Shown: positions 40,701-50,501, counted from the stretch's first letter. The stretch is DNA of 64,000 nucleotides from Epithemia pelagica (GCA_946965045.2 OX337232.1:3782001-3846000), one strand, 5' to 3'. The notes: generated by a model not told the origin, from the letters alone. Program-made: numbers and translations.

Positions 40701-41556
40701 GACGACCGAACCTCATGGTTGGACGACCAAGGATGCCGTCAAGCATCTCTTGGGCTTATCCCCCAAAGATTCGGAACCACCCGGTGTCAAGCATCAACGA
40801 GACGTCTTTCATGCCATGGCCAAATGGCTCAATCCCTCCATCCCGCATGGCGTCACGCCCGCCTCGACCTATCACATGAATCTCGATGCGTATTTGGTCA
40901 GTACCTCTGTCGTGGTGCATGACCTGAAATTCGGTCACGAATTGCGATGCGAGTGGTATCGTCATCATTTGCCCTTTGTGGTGGCCAGGACGACAAGTTC
41001 CATTCAACCCAATGCTCCGAATCCTCCCATTCACCATCAACATCACGATCAAACGAAGGAGGATACCGATTCGCCCTTGGATGCCTTGACCTTGGCGCAT
41101 GTCTTGTCCTTGCAGAATTTGCAACGGCGTCGTGCCTTGCAGGAACCGGACGATCATGCCTTGAAACATGTTGCCGCACACGGCTTGACCTTGCAACAAT
41201 TGCGAGAAGTGGCCCAAGTCCATCATGGAGGGAGTTACGGAGCTGAGGAGTGGATGCCCCTCCTCCGGACAAACTCAAGAGACATGACGACGACGACGAC
41301 AACATCACAGCGGTACTGGGCATGGGTGCGCTATCAATTTCCCGTCTTGCCCTGGAATTGGGACATTCCACAACAACAACAACAAGAAGAATCCTACAAT
41401 CCCTTTGCCAACTTTTATCGCCAACTAGAGCAGATCGAGACCACAAACAACAACAACAAGACCCACAACTCGACGGAACCACACCCACTGCTGTGTGTCC
41501 GAATCCTGTCAACGGCGGGGACCGTTCATGGTTCGATACACACGGAACAACACTAA
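37795..41556 (+). CDS. Type II membrane-anchored protein (1253 aa); possible degenerate Rossmann/epimerase-like and glycosyltransferase-like domains
   Basis: Long ORF with a single N-terminal TM (LILAVMIASASVGLVGTTWLLLL) and ordered blocks between low-complexity inserts. Domain calls are tentative. Confidence 0.6.
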   Translation: MNDVTTNQQQQQKNPAATGLHHRTTRVPPASSSSSHQPQLQHHAQPQPPQEENHHFQHKTSAARPPWSPYRLSSSSSTVRRRTNNTTQWSRVSHPQQALQWRRRLILAVMIASASVGLVGTTWLLLLGGGWNEPTTTTRTNSNHAMAPPQGHDDDDRSSPFLWVAPSSSSSSSSSSSSSSPKLHPHVSSSSSSLVWSSPPHTPRRPPAVETWWKNHNDTNPHETADLAAVGGYDLMPRVGTERAGQSPQRPVPADLAAAPLESLCGMYAQQASLLSSSSSESSFAEWLSFSAHGALHTSEARIALVLASRHPADLQVGLSLAQALQSQCRAVTVTHVVLPPGVVTTTTREDDSNDNDDDDWLDAGQWHWRWRHVWRDLVQSYSNHNKQTNRKLVGPRVVSFAEWTRQASTHYHDSQRMGEDTNHKNQKTLTSLWNVTHVVYVAPRAPPSSSRKENASLSQSLSSRLRLVHLTYTLVGWHALHQMMSMSSSPRNQNNKNGVPPFKVLYLSSSSSASSSPMDPTLWLPHPARSNSSSSSWIHVHLPPTLSWTATQPQQQQPQQELLRGWHVVGALVAALQVSSSTGHLVWDVSSLASLSTQNNNHNNTNDHHNARVARSLGGWTVQGPCEWCPTTPTKTTTSTTMDRSPANANHSTSSMSGNEDHPLDHEGDPDSSTTTPFAPRPSCASECASSSSSCIPSPWPLDLTRELTADCTTVLYTTVKPPWTNAHHHDAQEEQPTAHVVASLLRVKAEYPTSEETTTNHNSSSSSSSTSAPICNVAFVSRTQSPLVEWVLSRVPNQQLANFGVQATDLIMGSSGSSIHEQTLDKLNGRLLYRGWILVWPDSKGPRPLTTLDWMTVKLTPGRFLSESVQHAVYVSANGGSRSSASKHSHRHTDGTTTTTHNTTVIPKATVLTLKQVQLLVDKLSAPAQEWQVVHHKSKKIVVPPEPPRRAVLVVSQLAPPHSTTTTTTEPHGWTTKDAVKHLLGLSPKDSEPPGVKHQRDVFHAMAKWLNPSIPHGVTPASTYHMNLDAYLVSTSVVVHDLKFGHELRCEWYRHHLPFVVARTTSSIQPNAPNPPIHHQHHDQTKEDTDSPLDALTLAHVLSLQNLQRRRALQEPDDHALKHVAAHGLTLQQLREVAQVHHGGSYGAEEWMPLLRTNSRDMTTTTTTSQRYWAWVRYQFPVLPWNWDIPQQQQQEESYNPFANFYRQLEQIETTNNNNKTHNSTEPHPLLCVRILSTAGTVHGSIHTEQH

Positions 41557-41844
41557 AATACAGATTTGTCGAGAAAAACCCAATGACAATCAGTTCTTAA
41601 TCCGCCTAATTCATGTTGGGAAGCGTGGATGTATACCATCGCTCCCGTTTTTCTAGAATTTGCGTGAAATCCCAGTCGTTTCCAGGGACCTTGTCGGAAC
41701 GAAAGACGACCACAGCGACATGCCAGTAGTCAAAGAACATGAGCATCAACGGGAACGACAGGACGCATATATGACAATGACAAGCGAGAAAGCAATGAGA
41801 AGAGAGACCATTGACAAAAAATCGTCCAGGCAAGACGTGAACAC

Positions 41845-42972
41845 TCACTCTTTGTTAAATACGGAACACAAACACGAAGACAAGACCATGCGAAAAGAAA
41901 AAGATCCACGTACCACACTGTGATCCTCTTTATGCTCCCAAACATACTCAACGTCATCTTTACCCACATAGTGCGGGATATGGGGTACAATCAAGACATC
42001 ACGGTCTACATCAAAATCTAAAATGATGACTGGACGTTTACCCGTAGAAGGCCAAAGCTGCTTCGCAATGACCTCATCAGGATCGGGAGATGTGGTTTGG
42101 TCCAAAGTTGTGGTCGAAACCCTGTCTCCTTTTGGCACAGTCAGGTCTTGCGAATCGATGTCCACTGAATCAGCACCGTCGATTGGAGTTCTCTCAGTAT
42201 CTGCTTTTCCATCCTCGACGATCGGTTGCAAGCCACTATGATGGTCCCGCTTTGGATTGCTTTGAAAACTCACTGTGTCACGACTGTCCTTTGTGACGAT
42301 AATTCCATCCGTCATGTCGTGGCTTACCTTTTCATCGCGCGGTACATCTGTGTCTGTGTCTTTGTCCTTCGAAACAGCAATGGGTTGCAACCCACTTGGT
42401 TCATCCCACGCCTGGTTAATTTGGAACTGTACTGAGTCACTGTCTTCCTCCAGGATTTGAATGGTATCCTCGGGTATGTCTGGATAGATGTGTTCCGGCG
42501 TTGCCACGGGCGATGGAAGAAGAGTGTCAAATACCCATTGTGTTTCGGGTAACTCAAATTCATTTCGACTGCCCGGCTTGGCTCGTATAATGAAACCAAT
42601 ACTCAAACTCCACTGGGTTACTCGGCCTGATGCCTGACCACAAGACGAGGACACGGTTGTGGTGCTCAACTTGCGACGTACGATAGTATCCTCTTTTCGA
42701 GACAAGAAACGTCCTCCTTGTTGGAAAACAGAACTCCCATTCACACGTTCTCCCATGGCTGGATGACTCTTGTCGTCGTCTCGCACATTATTCGGGCTAG
42801 ATACGGGTGATGACTGGATGATATCACTGTTGACTTTGTCGTCAAGAACGGCCTTGATTTCACTTGTACGATGATACTCTGTCGTTGTTGCGCTGTCCTC
42901 TGTGGCCGTGCATGACCAGGAACCGAGAAGCACATGGACGAGGACAAACCAGTGCAATGAGAGGAAACCCAT
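41845..42972 (-). CDS. Hypothetical secreted acidic protein
   Basis: Signal-peptide-like MGFLSLHWFVLVHVLLGSWSCTA at ATG 42972. D/E/S/T-rich body with an internal near-repeat (SGLQPIA / SGLQPIV). Intron structure not resolved. Confidence 0.45.
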   Translation of the reverse strand: MGFLSLHWFVLVHVLLGSWSCTATEDSATTTEYHRTSEIKAVLDDKVNSDIIQSSPVSSPNNVRDDDKSHPAMGERVNGSSVFQQGGRFLSRKEDTIVRRKLSTTTVSSSCGQASGRVTQWSLSIGFIIRAKPGSRNEFELPETQWVFDTLLPSPVATPEHIYPDIPEDTIQILEEDSDSVQFQINQAWDEPSGLQPIAVSKDKDTDTDVPRDEKVSHDMTDGIIVTKDSRDTVSFQSNPKRDHHSGLQPIVEDGKADTERTPIDGADSVDIDSQDLTVPKGDRVSTTTLDQTTSPDPDEVIAKQLWPSTGKRPVIILDFDVDRDVLIVPHIPHYVGKDDVEYVWEHKEDHSVVRGSFSFRMVLSSCLCSVFNKE

Positions 42973-43357
42973 GATGGAAGAAAGACTCGAGTTGAATAAT
43001 TGAGCAAGAGGTTCTTGGAGAGATCGATAGAGCTCAACTCTCGTTTGGGTTGTTTGCATCCAACGAGATTTGTGAGCTAGGCCATCTACCCACACTCCCT
43101 CTCTCCATTTTTCCCCTACCGCTTTTTCTCGGTGAATGCAAAGTTCGTTCCAACAAAACTGCATGGCGATTTAAGCCACACGTTCGCCCAGGACACTTTT
43201 GTTTGTGAGCATGTCTTGCTATGTATCAGACTTCTATAGGTAACGGAACATTGTTGCAGCTTGGATACTCTCCAGTGATGCAGAAGCGCTGTAGCTATTG
43301 CACACTCTTATTATTTTTCCGAGTTTTTAGGTTACTGTCTATACGTTAGTGGGACTC

Positions 43358-46300
43358 CTAAGCGGTCAGCTCACAAAGGAGTGGGGCGGTGTCCATGTTT
43401 GGGACGAATTCTGCCATGGGGGCGGGGGAGTAGATGGGTGTTACCGGCGCAAAACATGGGGATGCCAAATTTTGCAATTGTGTGGTTCTGAGTTTGTGTC
43501 TGGATTGGTGCTTCCGGATTGCACCTATGTTGTTGTTTGCGTGAGTCGCAAGGGCGGAGACGATGGCGTGGCCCAAGGAAGCTTTTGCGAAGTGACCGAT
43601 GGAATATATGTGGGCTTCTGGGTAGCTGAAGTTCTTGGTTTTGGCGTTGGCTGCCGTGAGTAGATTTGAAGGTGCTGCTGTGGATTCTTCGAAGAGTCGG
43701 AATGCCGATGGTTGTGGTTTGCTCCGCTGTTGGTCCTTTCCGAAGTATGGGTTGTGCCATGGTGGTGGTTGTGTGGTTGTGAAGAGATGCGGGTGGTATG
43801 TTGATGGGAACAAAAGGCGATCGGCAAAAGAACCGAGTCCTCCAAGATGATCAACGGTGAAGGGTATCAAGTAAATACCGTTGTCGAAGAGATGTTTGGC
43901 CGTGTCGGGGTCTCTGCAGAACTTAGCTCTTGCCGCTTCTTGATGCGTCCTGGAGGCCATTGAGGCAAGTGTGGTGTGGTCGGACGGGTCGAGAAGGGGC
44001 TGTGGCTGTGGCGGCGGCGGAATGGTAATGTCGATGGCGACATAGTTGAACGGTTCGTTCTTGTGTGGTTGTGAGAGAAGCATGCCGACGTCTGCCGGTC
44101 GAATATTTCTGTGATGTTGCGGTGCCAGTCCTGGAGGTTCAATGTGGACATCGTGTGGTGTGTCCACGGCTGCGGCAGCCGGAGCAAGTTGTTGCAGGAC
44201 ATCAAACAAGGTGTCCCGTATTGCGTTGGACAGAGGTGTCTTGGATGCTGCCGTGCACGAAAAAAGGTGGTCTCCCATGGGATCGATGGATTTTGTTTTG
44301 GAACAACGGCATTTTTGGGGCCAGTTTTGGGATGGGTCGTTGACAAACAGGGGGAGTCGCAGTTTGCGTTTGATTGCTGTCCGGAAAATTTGGTTTGTGT
44401 ACCGGAATTTGGAGGCCGTGAGGGGAAGGGAGAGTGCCATGCTGGTCAGTGGAGACAACAGGGCGGGAAGGAAAAGGCGTTGGTTTGGATCGGTTTCAAC
44501 AATCAAACGTGGCAATGTGTGTTCTTGCACGGTGTGCTGAAGGAGGCGGTTGTGGGTAGTCGGCTCGTATCTCGAAGGTACGTAAAGCGACTCTTCCGCT
44601 TGTTCGTTTGCGAAAAGTGACAATGCTTTTCTGAATGTTGTCATGTGTCCGTTTGTACTGTCTTTCCAGGAAGTGAAATGACGTTGGTGGACAGCGGGGA
44701 TGGGGTTTTCTGTAGAAGACGCGAGATGGATTGCTCTGGCCGTCTGTGTGAGAAAACGAGGGTATGCAGCTGTTGCTGCCTGGTGATAGCCCAGGCCCCC
44801 TAGTCGTTGGGGCATGGTAGCAATGAGGGTGGATGTCTCGGTGATTTGGTGTTCGGGTAGTGATGTTAGTTGTGCGAGGAATCTGGCGACGAGTTTTTCC
44901 GTCCGTTGTGTTGTCGGGCTTGTCCACAGGGTTGTCCTTGGATCTTGGTTCGGGTTGGCCAACAGGATGTCAATTGGCAGGAGGTGCATGATGGACGAAA
45001 TCATGGTGTATTTGAAGAGGCTGTGTTGTGTCTGGAGGTCGTTCAACTGGGTCAAACAGTCCATCTTGTTGCACATATTTTCGAGTTTTTGGTTTATGTA
45101 TTGTTGCGCAAACGATTGCGACCCGATTGGTTGTCCGAGGAATCTCACTCCATGTGTTATTTCTGCTTTTTCAGGGTTGTCGGGTGAGAGAAATTCAAGA
45201 GCTTTTTGGAGGTTCTGTTGTTGTTCTGGCTTGAGGTTGTGGCTTGGCGAGGTGCCAGTTGTTGAAGTAAGTATGGTTGTTTTGTTTTTGTTGAGGATAA
45301 TTCCGAGTGGTTTGCCAAGCTCTTCGAAGCGTTGGAGAAACCAGAGAAGGTCACAGTGGGGCAAGCAGACCGAAGTATCATCCATGATCGATGCGGTGTG
45401 GCCGATGCCTCCCATAGTGTCGTCGTGTGGGTCGTAGCTCACTTTTCTTAGTTGCGCTCGTTTCGCTTGCTCTTTATTGAGTTTGTTTGTCAACGCCAGG
45501 AGGACGAGACAGGAAAAAAGGGGGCTCAAGGGACACCCTTGAGGAAATCCCTCTTCTTGGGTAAGGTATCTGGCGTTTTTATTTTCGTCGAAGTACCATT
45601 GGTTACATGGGCTGTTTGTCAGCAGATCAAACAGGGGGACAAGTTGTGTTGTGGCTTCGTCCTCCAGCAGTATTTTCCGCGCTTCGGTTCTGCTTACGTT
45701 ATTGAACATGTTGGTAAGATCAAGCATCACCAGGGCTCTGGAGGGTGTGTTGTTGTTGTTGTCTGCGTTGTTTGTGTTTTCGCTGTTTGTTTGTCGTTCG
45801 ATATATTCGTTTACCGCCATGGCGGTGGATTGTGCCACGAAATCGACTCCGCCAGGCGTTTGTATGCCGTACTGGCCTCCTTGCAACAAAAGCGGGCGTA
45901 TGTCATCAGTGAGGTGGACCAAAGCAGCTTTTGCGGCTACTCGTCGAATGGCTGTGCCAATGCCGATTGGTCTCAGGCGTTCGAGGTTGTTGATGTCTTT
46001 GTGCAGCGCGAGAAAATAATTGCTCGCGAGAATGGTTTGGATCGTTGGCGGGACCTGTGCTGTGACCACCAATTGGATCATAGATTTTATACTGTTGAAG
46101 TATGGCCGTGTGGCGTCGGGGGACCGGGTTGTTCTGTGTAACGCCATCGATACGAGAATGTCGGTGCTGGTGGAGAAGGGACCTGCGGCCGTTCCCGGCT
46201 TCATTTGCCGGAGTGCAGTTTCAAACATGTTGTCTTGAAGCTTGAGGTATTGTGCCGCTGGTGGTGGCATTGTTGTTTGTCCGTGTGAACGGGTTGCTGG

Positions 46301-47281
46301 TGGGGGCTGTTGTCTTTCTGGGAAAAGTTCCTTTTGGCATTTTTGGATTCGGGGAGGGGTGAGGGTAGCCGGTGGCGTGTTTGTCGTCAATCGTTTGACG
46401 GCGGCTCTGTAGTTACCGAGATCGGCCAGTTGTTGCGCCGAGCTGGTTTTCCATTGTGGGAGTTGGTCTGGTGGTGATGTTTGCTGTTGTTGGCGTCGTT
46501 GTTGCCTGGTTTTCGTCTTGTTGTTGTGGTTGGTCAGTTTCGGAAGCGGTGTTGGATTCCATATGGTTTGGTACAGGTCTTCGATTCTTCCTGCTTTCAG
46601 GAGGGACAGTCGGGCGCGGAAGGCGTTGGTGTAAGTTCGGTGTACTGTGTTTTTGATCGGTGCTAAGAGCAGGGGCTCTAGCAGAATTAGCAGCTTCCAG
46701 AAAGAGCTGGCGTCGGTGTCATGTTGTTGTGGTCGTTCGTCTCGGATGACGGCTTGGGTGAGAGGTGGTGTTGCGGCAAGGAGCCAGGAGATCACGTTGT
46801 TGTAGGTTGAGTAGAATTCTGCTCTCAATGGCGGCTTAAGTTTGTGCCATAAGCTGCGTCGAAAAGGCGGTGGTGTAAGTTGTAGTTGGTGCAGGTAAGC
46901 TAGACTGTTCTTCCAGTTGGTTTCTGTCTCTGGTTGCGCATGTCGGTAGGTATGTAGGACTAATTGGGTGTTCGTTTGGGACCTACTATGCTTTTTTGTT
47001 ACGTGTTGTCTTAGATGGCCTTCCGTCGTGAATATGGCCGTGGTTGTGTCACAGATTTGGCATGGATAAAAACCATGCTTGTTGCAGTACGATGGTGTTA
47101 AATAATCAGATGGGTGTGTTTCGTTGTGGGCGGTGATCAGGTGTTCTTTGATAGAAGCGTGGGGGTTGATTGTGAATCGAGGCACTTTCCATGGACAGTC
47201 TGGGACTGGGCAGTGTCTCGGTGGTGTTGTCGGTGGTTTACTCATCTGGCCCCTTGGCCCAGTTTGCATGCGGGACCACAT
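43358..47281 (-). CDS. ORF2: N-terminal zinc fingers, reverse transcriptase, CCHC, restriction-like endonuclease
   Basis: CPVPDC...HLITAH and CQIC...HVTKKH fingers. RT LRPIGIG, QYGI, LDLTNMFN, GFPQGCPLSP, SIMDD, FLGQPIG, RLGGLG. CRC...GDHLFSC knuckle; RPADV...IDITI nuclease. Confidence 0.9.
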   Translation of the reverse strand: MWSRMQTGPRGQMSKPPTTPPRHCPVPDCPWKVPRFTINPHASIKEHLITAHNETHPSDYLTPSYCNKHGFYPCQICDTTTAIFTTEGHLRQHVTKKHSRSQTNTQLVLHTYRHAQPETETNWKNSLAYLHQLQLTPPPFRRSLWHKLKPPLRAEFYSTYNNVISWLLAATPPLTQAVIRDERPQQHDTDASSFWKLLILLEPLLLAPIKNTVHRTYTNAFRARLSLLKAGRIEDLYQTIWNPTPLPKLTNHNNKTKTRQQRRQQQQTSPPDQLPQWKTSSAQQLADLGNYRAAVKRLTTNTPPATLTPPRIQKCQKELFPERQQPPPATRSHGQTTMPPPAAQYLKLQDNMFETALRQMKPGTAAGPFSTSTDILVSMALHRTTRSPDATRPYFNSIKSMIQLVVTAQVPPTIQTILASNYFLALHKDINNLERLRPIGIGTAIRRVAAKAALVHLTDDIRPLLLQGGQYGIQTPGGVDFVAQSTAMAVNEYIERQTNSENTNNADNNNNTPSRALVMLDLTNMFNNVSRTEARKILLEDEATTQLVPLFDLLTNSPCNQWYFDENKNARYLTQEEGFPQGCPLSPLFSCLVLLALTNKLNKEQAKRAQLRKVSYDPHDDTMGGIGHTASIMDDTSVCLPHCDLLWFLQRFEELGKPLGIILNKNKTTILTSTTGTSPSHNLKPEQQQNLQKALEFLSPDNPEKAEITHGVRFLGQPIGSQSFAQQYINQKLENMCNKMDCLTQLNDLQTQHSLFKYTMISSIMHLLPIDILLANPNQDPRTTLWTSPTTQRTEKLVARFLAQLTSLPEHQITETSTLIATMPQRLGGLGYHQAATAAYPRFLTQTARAIHLASSTENPIPAVHQRHFTSWKDSTNGHMTTFRKALSLFANEQAEESLYVPSRYEPTTHNRLLQHTVQEHTLPRLIVETDPNQRLFLPALLSPLTSMALSLPLTASKFRYTNQIFRTAIKRKLRLPLFVNDPSQNWPQKCRCSKTKSIDPMGDHLFSCTAASKTPLSNAIRDTLFDVLQQLAPAAAAVDTPHDVHIEPPGLAPQHHRNIRPADVGMLLSQPHKNEPFNYVAIDITIPPPPQPQPLLDPSDHTTLASMASRTHQEAARAKFCRDPDTAKHLFDNGIYLIPFTVDHLGGLGSFADRLLFPSTYHPHLFTTTQPPPWHNPYFGKDQQRSKPQPSAFRLFEESTAAPSNLLTAANAKTKNFSYPEAHIYSIGHFAKASLGHAIVSALATHANNNIGAIRKHQSRHKLRTTQLQNLASPCFAPVTPIYSPAPMAEFVPNMDTAPLLCELTA

Positions 47282-50200
47282 GACCGGTGCGCGAGTCGGT
47301 GACGGTGGAGTTGCTCGTCTGTACCAAAGACTGAGCGAATCTCCACGCGTCTTGCGCGTCTGTGTCGTTCGTGAACGACTTTGTGTTTTCCAAAAACTTT
47401 CTCATTTCGTCTAGGCGAGAGGGGTTGTTGTGTGCCACATACTTAAAGATGAGTTCGATCTCTTCCATTGTGGTGGACGAAAACTCGTGTTCGTCGTTTT
47501 CGAGGTTGTCATCGCTGCCGATCAGGGCCCGGGAGTGATCATCGTCCGTGTCCATCCTGTCTGCGGCCGATGGTTCGTCATCTTCCTGTTCGGTGAGAGG
47601 TGCAAATTGGTTGCGTTTGGCGGCGGGTTTGGCGTCTTCTTCCTCTGGGTGTGGTGCAAACGAGTTTGTTTGTGCGGCCACCGTCGTCCAGTCGGTTCCG
47701 TCGTCGTATGGGTCTCTTTCTTCGTCTTCTGTGGGTTGCATGGCCGCGGCGCTTCGTTTGTTGGCCGGCGGGCTGGTGTTCGGCGGTGCACTTTGGTTGT
47801 TGGTGTTGTTGTTGTTGCTGTCTCCGGACGTCTCGTCGAGGTTGTTGTGTTTGCGACGGAGCAGACGGTTGGTGAAGGCTAGCAGCCTATTGGTGTGGCT
47901 GGAGGAAGTCGGAGTGGTTGGGTTTTGGCCTGTGATGGTCTGTCTTGGTGGTGTTGCCGCTACTGCCGCCAGAGTGGGGAGAAGAATGTTTTCGGGAAAC
48001 TCTGGGTGCTGCCGAATGGTGTTGGTGGTTAACATGTGGGTGTCCGGTGTCTTTCGCAAATAGAGGGTGTAGAATTGCGGATCCGGGTCTTCGTTATCGA
48101 ATTCTGGAAAAAGGGCCACGAATTCACGGATGTTTCGCAGTCGCTTCCAATCTCCGTCGGTTGCTTCTTGGTTGATGGGTTTAAGCTTGATTTTGACGCA
48201 AGCTCCGAAGAACTGGTCAATGTCCTTGATTGCCTCCAAGGTTGTTGTTCGATTGCTCTGAGAGGTTGGCATCGGGATGATTTGGATGTTGTTCTTGCAC
48301 CAAGTCAGTTCGGTGTTGCGGTTGGCGGATAGGTAGGCGTTGTAACTCCGAAGTAGTGCCTCAAAGTTGCTTTTGGACGAGGCTGTGAGGTAAATTGCCG
48401 GAACTTGTCCACGTTGTTTATTTTTCAGCTCGCCGCTGAAAGTTCCAGCACGACAGCCGATGTGGTTGTAATAGTCCACGTGGTTCAGCTTCCGAGGGAG
48501 GTGAGGGGTGAGGATGTTTTGGATGTCGGAGGACAGGTCCAAAGCTGCTCGACGGTGTTTGATTGTTTGGGCCGGCACACCTACGACTATGCCGTAGGTG
48601 TCGCTCGTGCGGTTGTTGCATGCTGGTTGGTAGACGTTGATTTGGTCGTACCGTGGGTAAATCGTTGGGTTGGATTGGCGGGTGCCTGGGCGAAGGATTG
48701 TTTGGTACCCGTGCTCGTCGTAGGAAAAGTCGTCGTTGTGGTGTTTATGCCACATTTGCAAGACAAAGCGAAGACCTTGCTCGAAGAAAACACCGGTGTC
48801 GAATGCGTCGTCCGCTGGAGCAGGGGAGAGGGTGACATGGAAGGTGGATGTGTGTCCACTTCCCTTGTTGGATCGGTTTTGGTTGTCCGCGCCACGGAGG
48901 GGGCGACTGGGGGACTGTTTCGTTTCGAGGAAGTCCACGGAGTGGACCTGTAGCCACATCGGCTCTTCCCTCTTGCTGTGGTGGAAGAAAACGTCGTTGA
49001 GATGCGTTTTCAGAGCTTGTTCGGTGAGTCGCGGGAGAGTGGACTCGATCTCGTGGTTGTGATGGTGGTTCACTGCCACGTGTAGGTGGAACAGGAAAGA
49101 CGGTTCGGGGGACTGGGGACGTTTCGCCACTTTCGGTTGCCTGTAAGGGTTCGTCGTCGGCGTGCCTTTTTCGTTGTCGTTGCGTTTGGTAGTCGAGTCG
49201 TCGTCGCTCGTCGGGATTTTGTTGTCGGTGGGTTGCGTTTCCTTGGTTCCTTGGGTGCCTTCGTCTGTGGTTTGTTCGTCGGTGGTGTTGATTTGGTTGG
49301 GCTCGTTGTTGATGGATTCGGTGGTGGTGTTGTCGTTGTTGGTGTTGTCGTGGTGGTCGTTGGTGTTCTTTTTTTCTGTGTTTTGTTCGTTGTTCTTTTT
49401 TTCTGTGTTTTTGTCGTTGTTGTCGTTGTTGGCAATGTTTCCTTTCTTGTTGTTGTCGTTGGCGGTTGTTTTGGTTGTCTTACGGTCCGGGGTGACGGCG
49501 GTGGTGCCGTGGATGGTCGTGGCTGAGAGAGGGATGGGCCCGAGGGCGGAGGAAGGGATTTTAGCCCGGGTCGAGCGACGGCCGGCGGAAGGTTTGGAGT
49601 GGACTTGCATCTTGGTCGAAGGTTGCTGTTGGCGGTGCTGGTCGGCTGGAGGAGGCTCTCTGTGAAAAACTCTGTTTTCACTGTTTTTGTGAGGAAGGCA
49701 TTCCGTTGGTTTGGTTGTTGGGGGGGTCATTTTGAGTTGGAGGATGACTCGCTGTAGGGCTTGGGCTATCTGGGTTCTTTTGGAGACCTTTGGGCCCGGG
49801 CAGCTGGGTTCAGTGGTGGCGGAGGTCGGCATCGTTTCAAATTCGGACTTGGTGGCGGGGGTGGTGGTTGTTGTGGTGTGGTTTGGCCTGGAATGGTCCT
49901 GTGGTGGTGGGCGGGGGAGTGCCTGTTGGTGTCTTGCCCGGTCTACGTGGCCTGGGTCTTTGTTGTTGTCTCCGTGTCTTTGGGCTGGTGGTGGAGTGGA
50001 GAGGTGGTCTGGCTGGGTCATCCTCTTGGTTGGTTCGGTCATCCTCTCGGTTGGTTCGGTCATCCGATTGTTTGGCTTGGTTTTGGTTTGGGGGCGTGCC
50101 GGATGCGTGTTGTCGTTACTCCGTAGCAGTCGCTGGGGGTATGTGTTTCCGTTGGGCGCTGTGTTTTCGGCCAGCTGTGGGTTCTGGGTTTTGCCATGGC

Positions 50201-50501
50201 GGCGGGGGAAACGTGTAGCAACGTCGTGTGGTTTGTTTTGTTTGCTTTTTCTGAGACCATGGAGGGATTCCATGGCCCATGTTGCGGTCGCCATGCGTTG
50301 CATGTGTTGCCATCCGATGGGTGGGGGCGGATCGGCGTTGTTTTGGCAGTTGGGTCGTGGTTCGGCCATGGGAATTGTCCTGGCCAATATGGCCCATGGC
50401 GGGTCCGCGTCGCGCCCCATTGGCAGCGTGCCCTTGTCCGTGCGGTAAATGTTCGTTCCCCGAGGACGGCGTTCGGCTTTTGTTGGTGTTATCGTCCTCA
50501 A
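47238..50501 (-). CDS. ORF1 of the non-LTR element (~1050 aa, largely P/T/N-rich, unknown function)
   Basis: Uninterrupted 3.26-kb ORF directly upstream of ORF2. Includes three ~21-bp repeats (MTEPTER/MTEPTKR/MTQPDHL) at ~50010-50070. Listed start is TTG; the true ATG is uncertain. Confidence 0.7.
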   Translation of the reverse strand: MRTITPTKAERRPRGTNIYRTDKGTLPMGRDADPPWAILARTIPMAEPRPNCQNNADPPPPIGWQHMQRMATATWAMESLHGLRKSKQNKPHDVATRFPRRHGKTQNPQLAENTAPNGNTYPQRLLRSNDNTHPARPQTKTKPNNRMTEPTERMTEPTKRMTQPDHLSTPPPAQRHGDNNKDPGHVDRARHQQALPRPPPQDHSRPNHTTTTTTPATKSEFETMPTSATTEPSCPGPKVSKRTQIAQALQRVILQLKMTPPTTKPTECLPHKNSENRVFHREPPPADQHRQQQPSTKMQVHSKPSAGRRSTRAKIPSSALGPIPLSATTIHGTTAVTPDRKTTKTTANDNNKKGNIANNDNNDKNTEKKNNEQNTEKKNTNDHHDNTNNDNTTTESINNEPNQINTTDEQTTDEGTQGTKETQPTDNKIPTSDDDSTTKRNDNEKGTPTTNPYRQPKVAKRPQSPEPSFLFHLHVAVNHHHNHEIESTLPRLTEQALKTHLNDVFFHHSKREEPMWLQVHSVDFLETKQSPSRPLRGADNQNRSNKGSGHTSTFHVTLSPAPADDAFDTGVFFEQGLRFVLQMWHKHHNDDFSYDEHGYQTILRPGTRQSNPTIYPRYDQINVYQPACNNRTSDTYGIVVGVPAQTIKHRRAALDLSSDIQNILTPHLPRKLNHVDYYNHIGCRAGTFSGELKNKQRGQVPAIYLTASSKSNFEALLRSYNAYLSANRNTELTWCKNNIQIIPMPTSQSNRTTTLEAIKDIDQFFGACVKIKLKPINQEATDGDWKRLRNIREFVALFPEFDNEDPDPQFYTLYLRKTPDTHMLTTNTIRQHPEFPENILLPTLAAVAATPPRQTITGQNPTTPTSSSHTNRLLAFTNRLLRRKHNNLDETSGDSNNNNTNNQSAPPNTSPPANKRSAAAMQPTEDEERDPYDDGTDWTTVAAQTNSFAPHPEEEDAKPAAKRNQFAPLTEQEDDEPSAADRMDTDDDHSRALIGSDDNLENDEHEFSSTTMEEIELIFKYVAHNNPSRLDEMRKFLENTKSFTNDTDAQDAWRFAQSLVQTSNSTVTDSRTGHVVPHANWAKGPDE

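Larger units (their letters stand above)
43358..50501 (-). mobile_element. Non-LTR retrotransposon, CRE/R2-group (REL endonuclease) type, two ORFs; exact termini not found
   Basis: ORF2 has RT, a C-terminal CCHC knuckle and a PD-(D/E)xK-like nuclease. A long ORF1 overlaps ORF2 by 44 nt. Confidence 0.85.
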
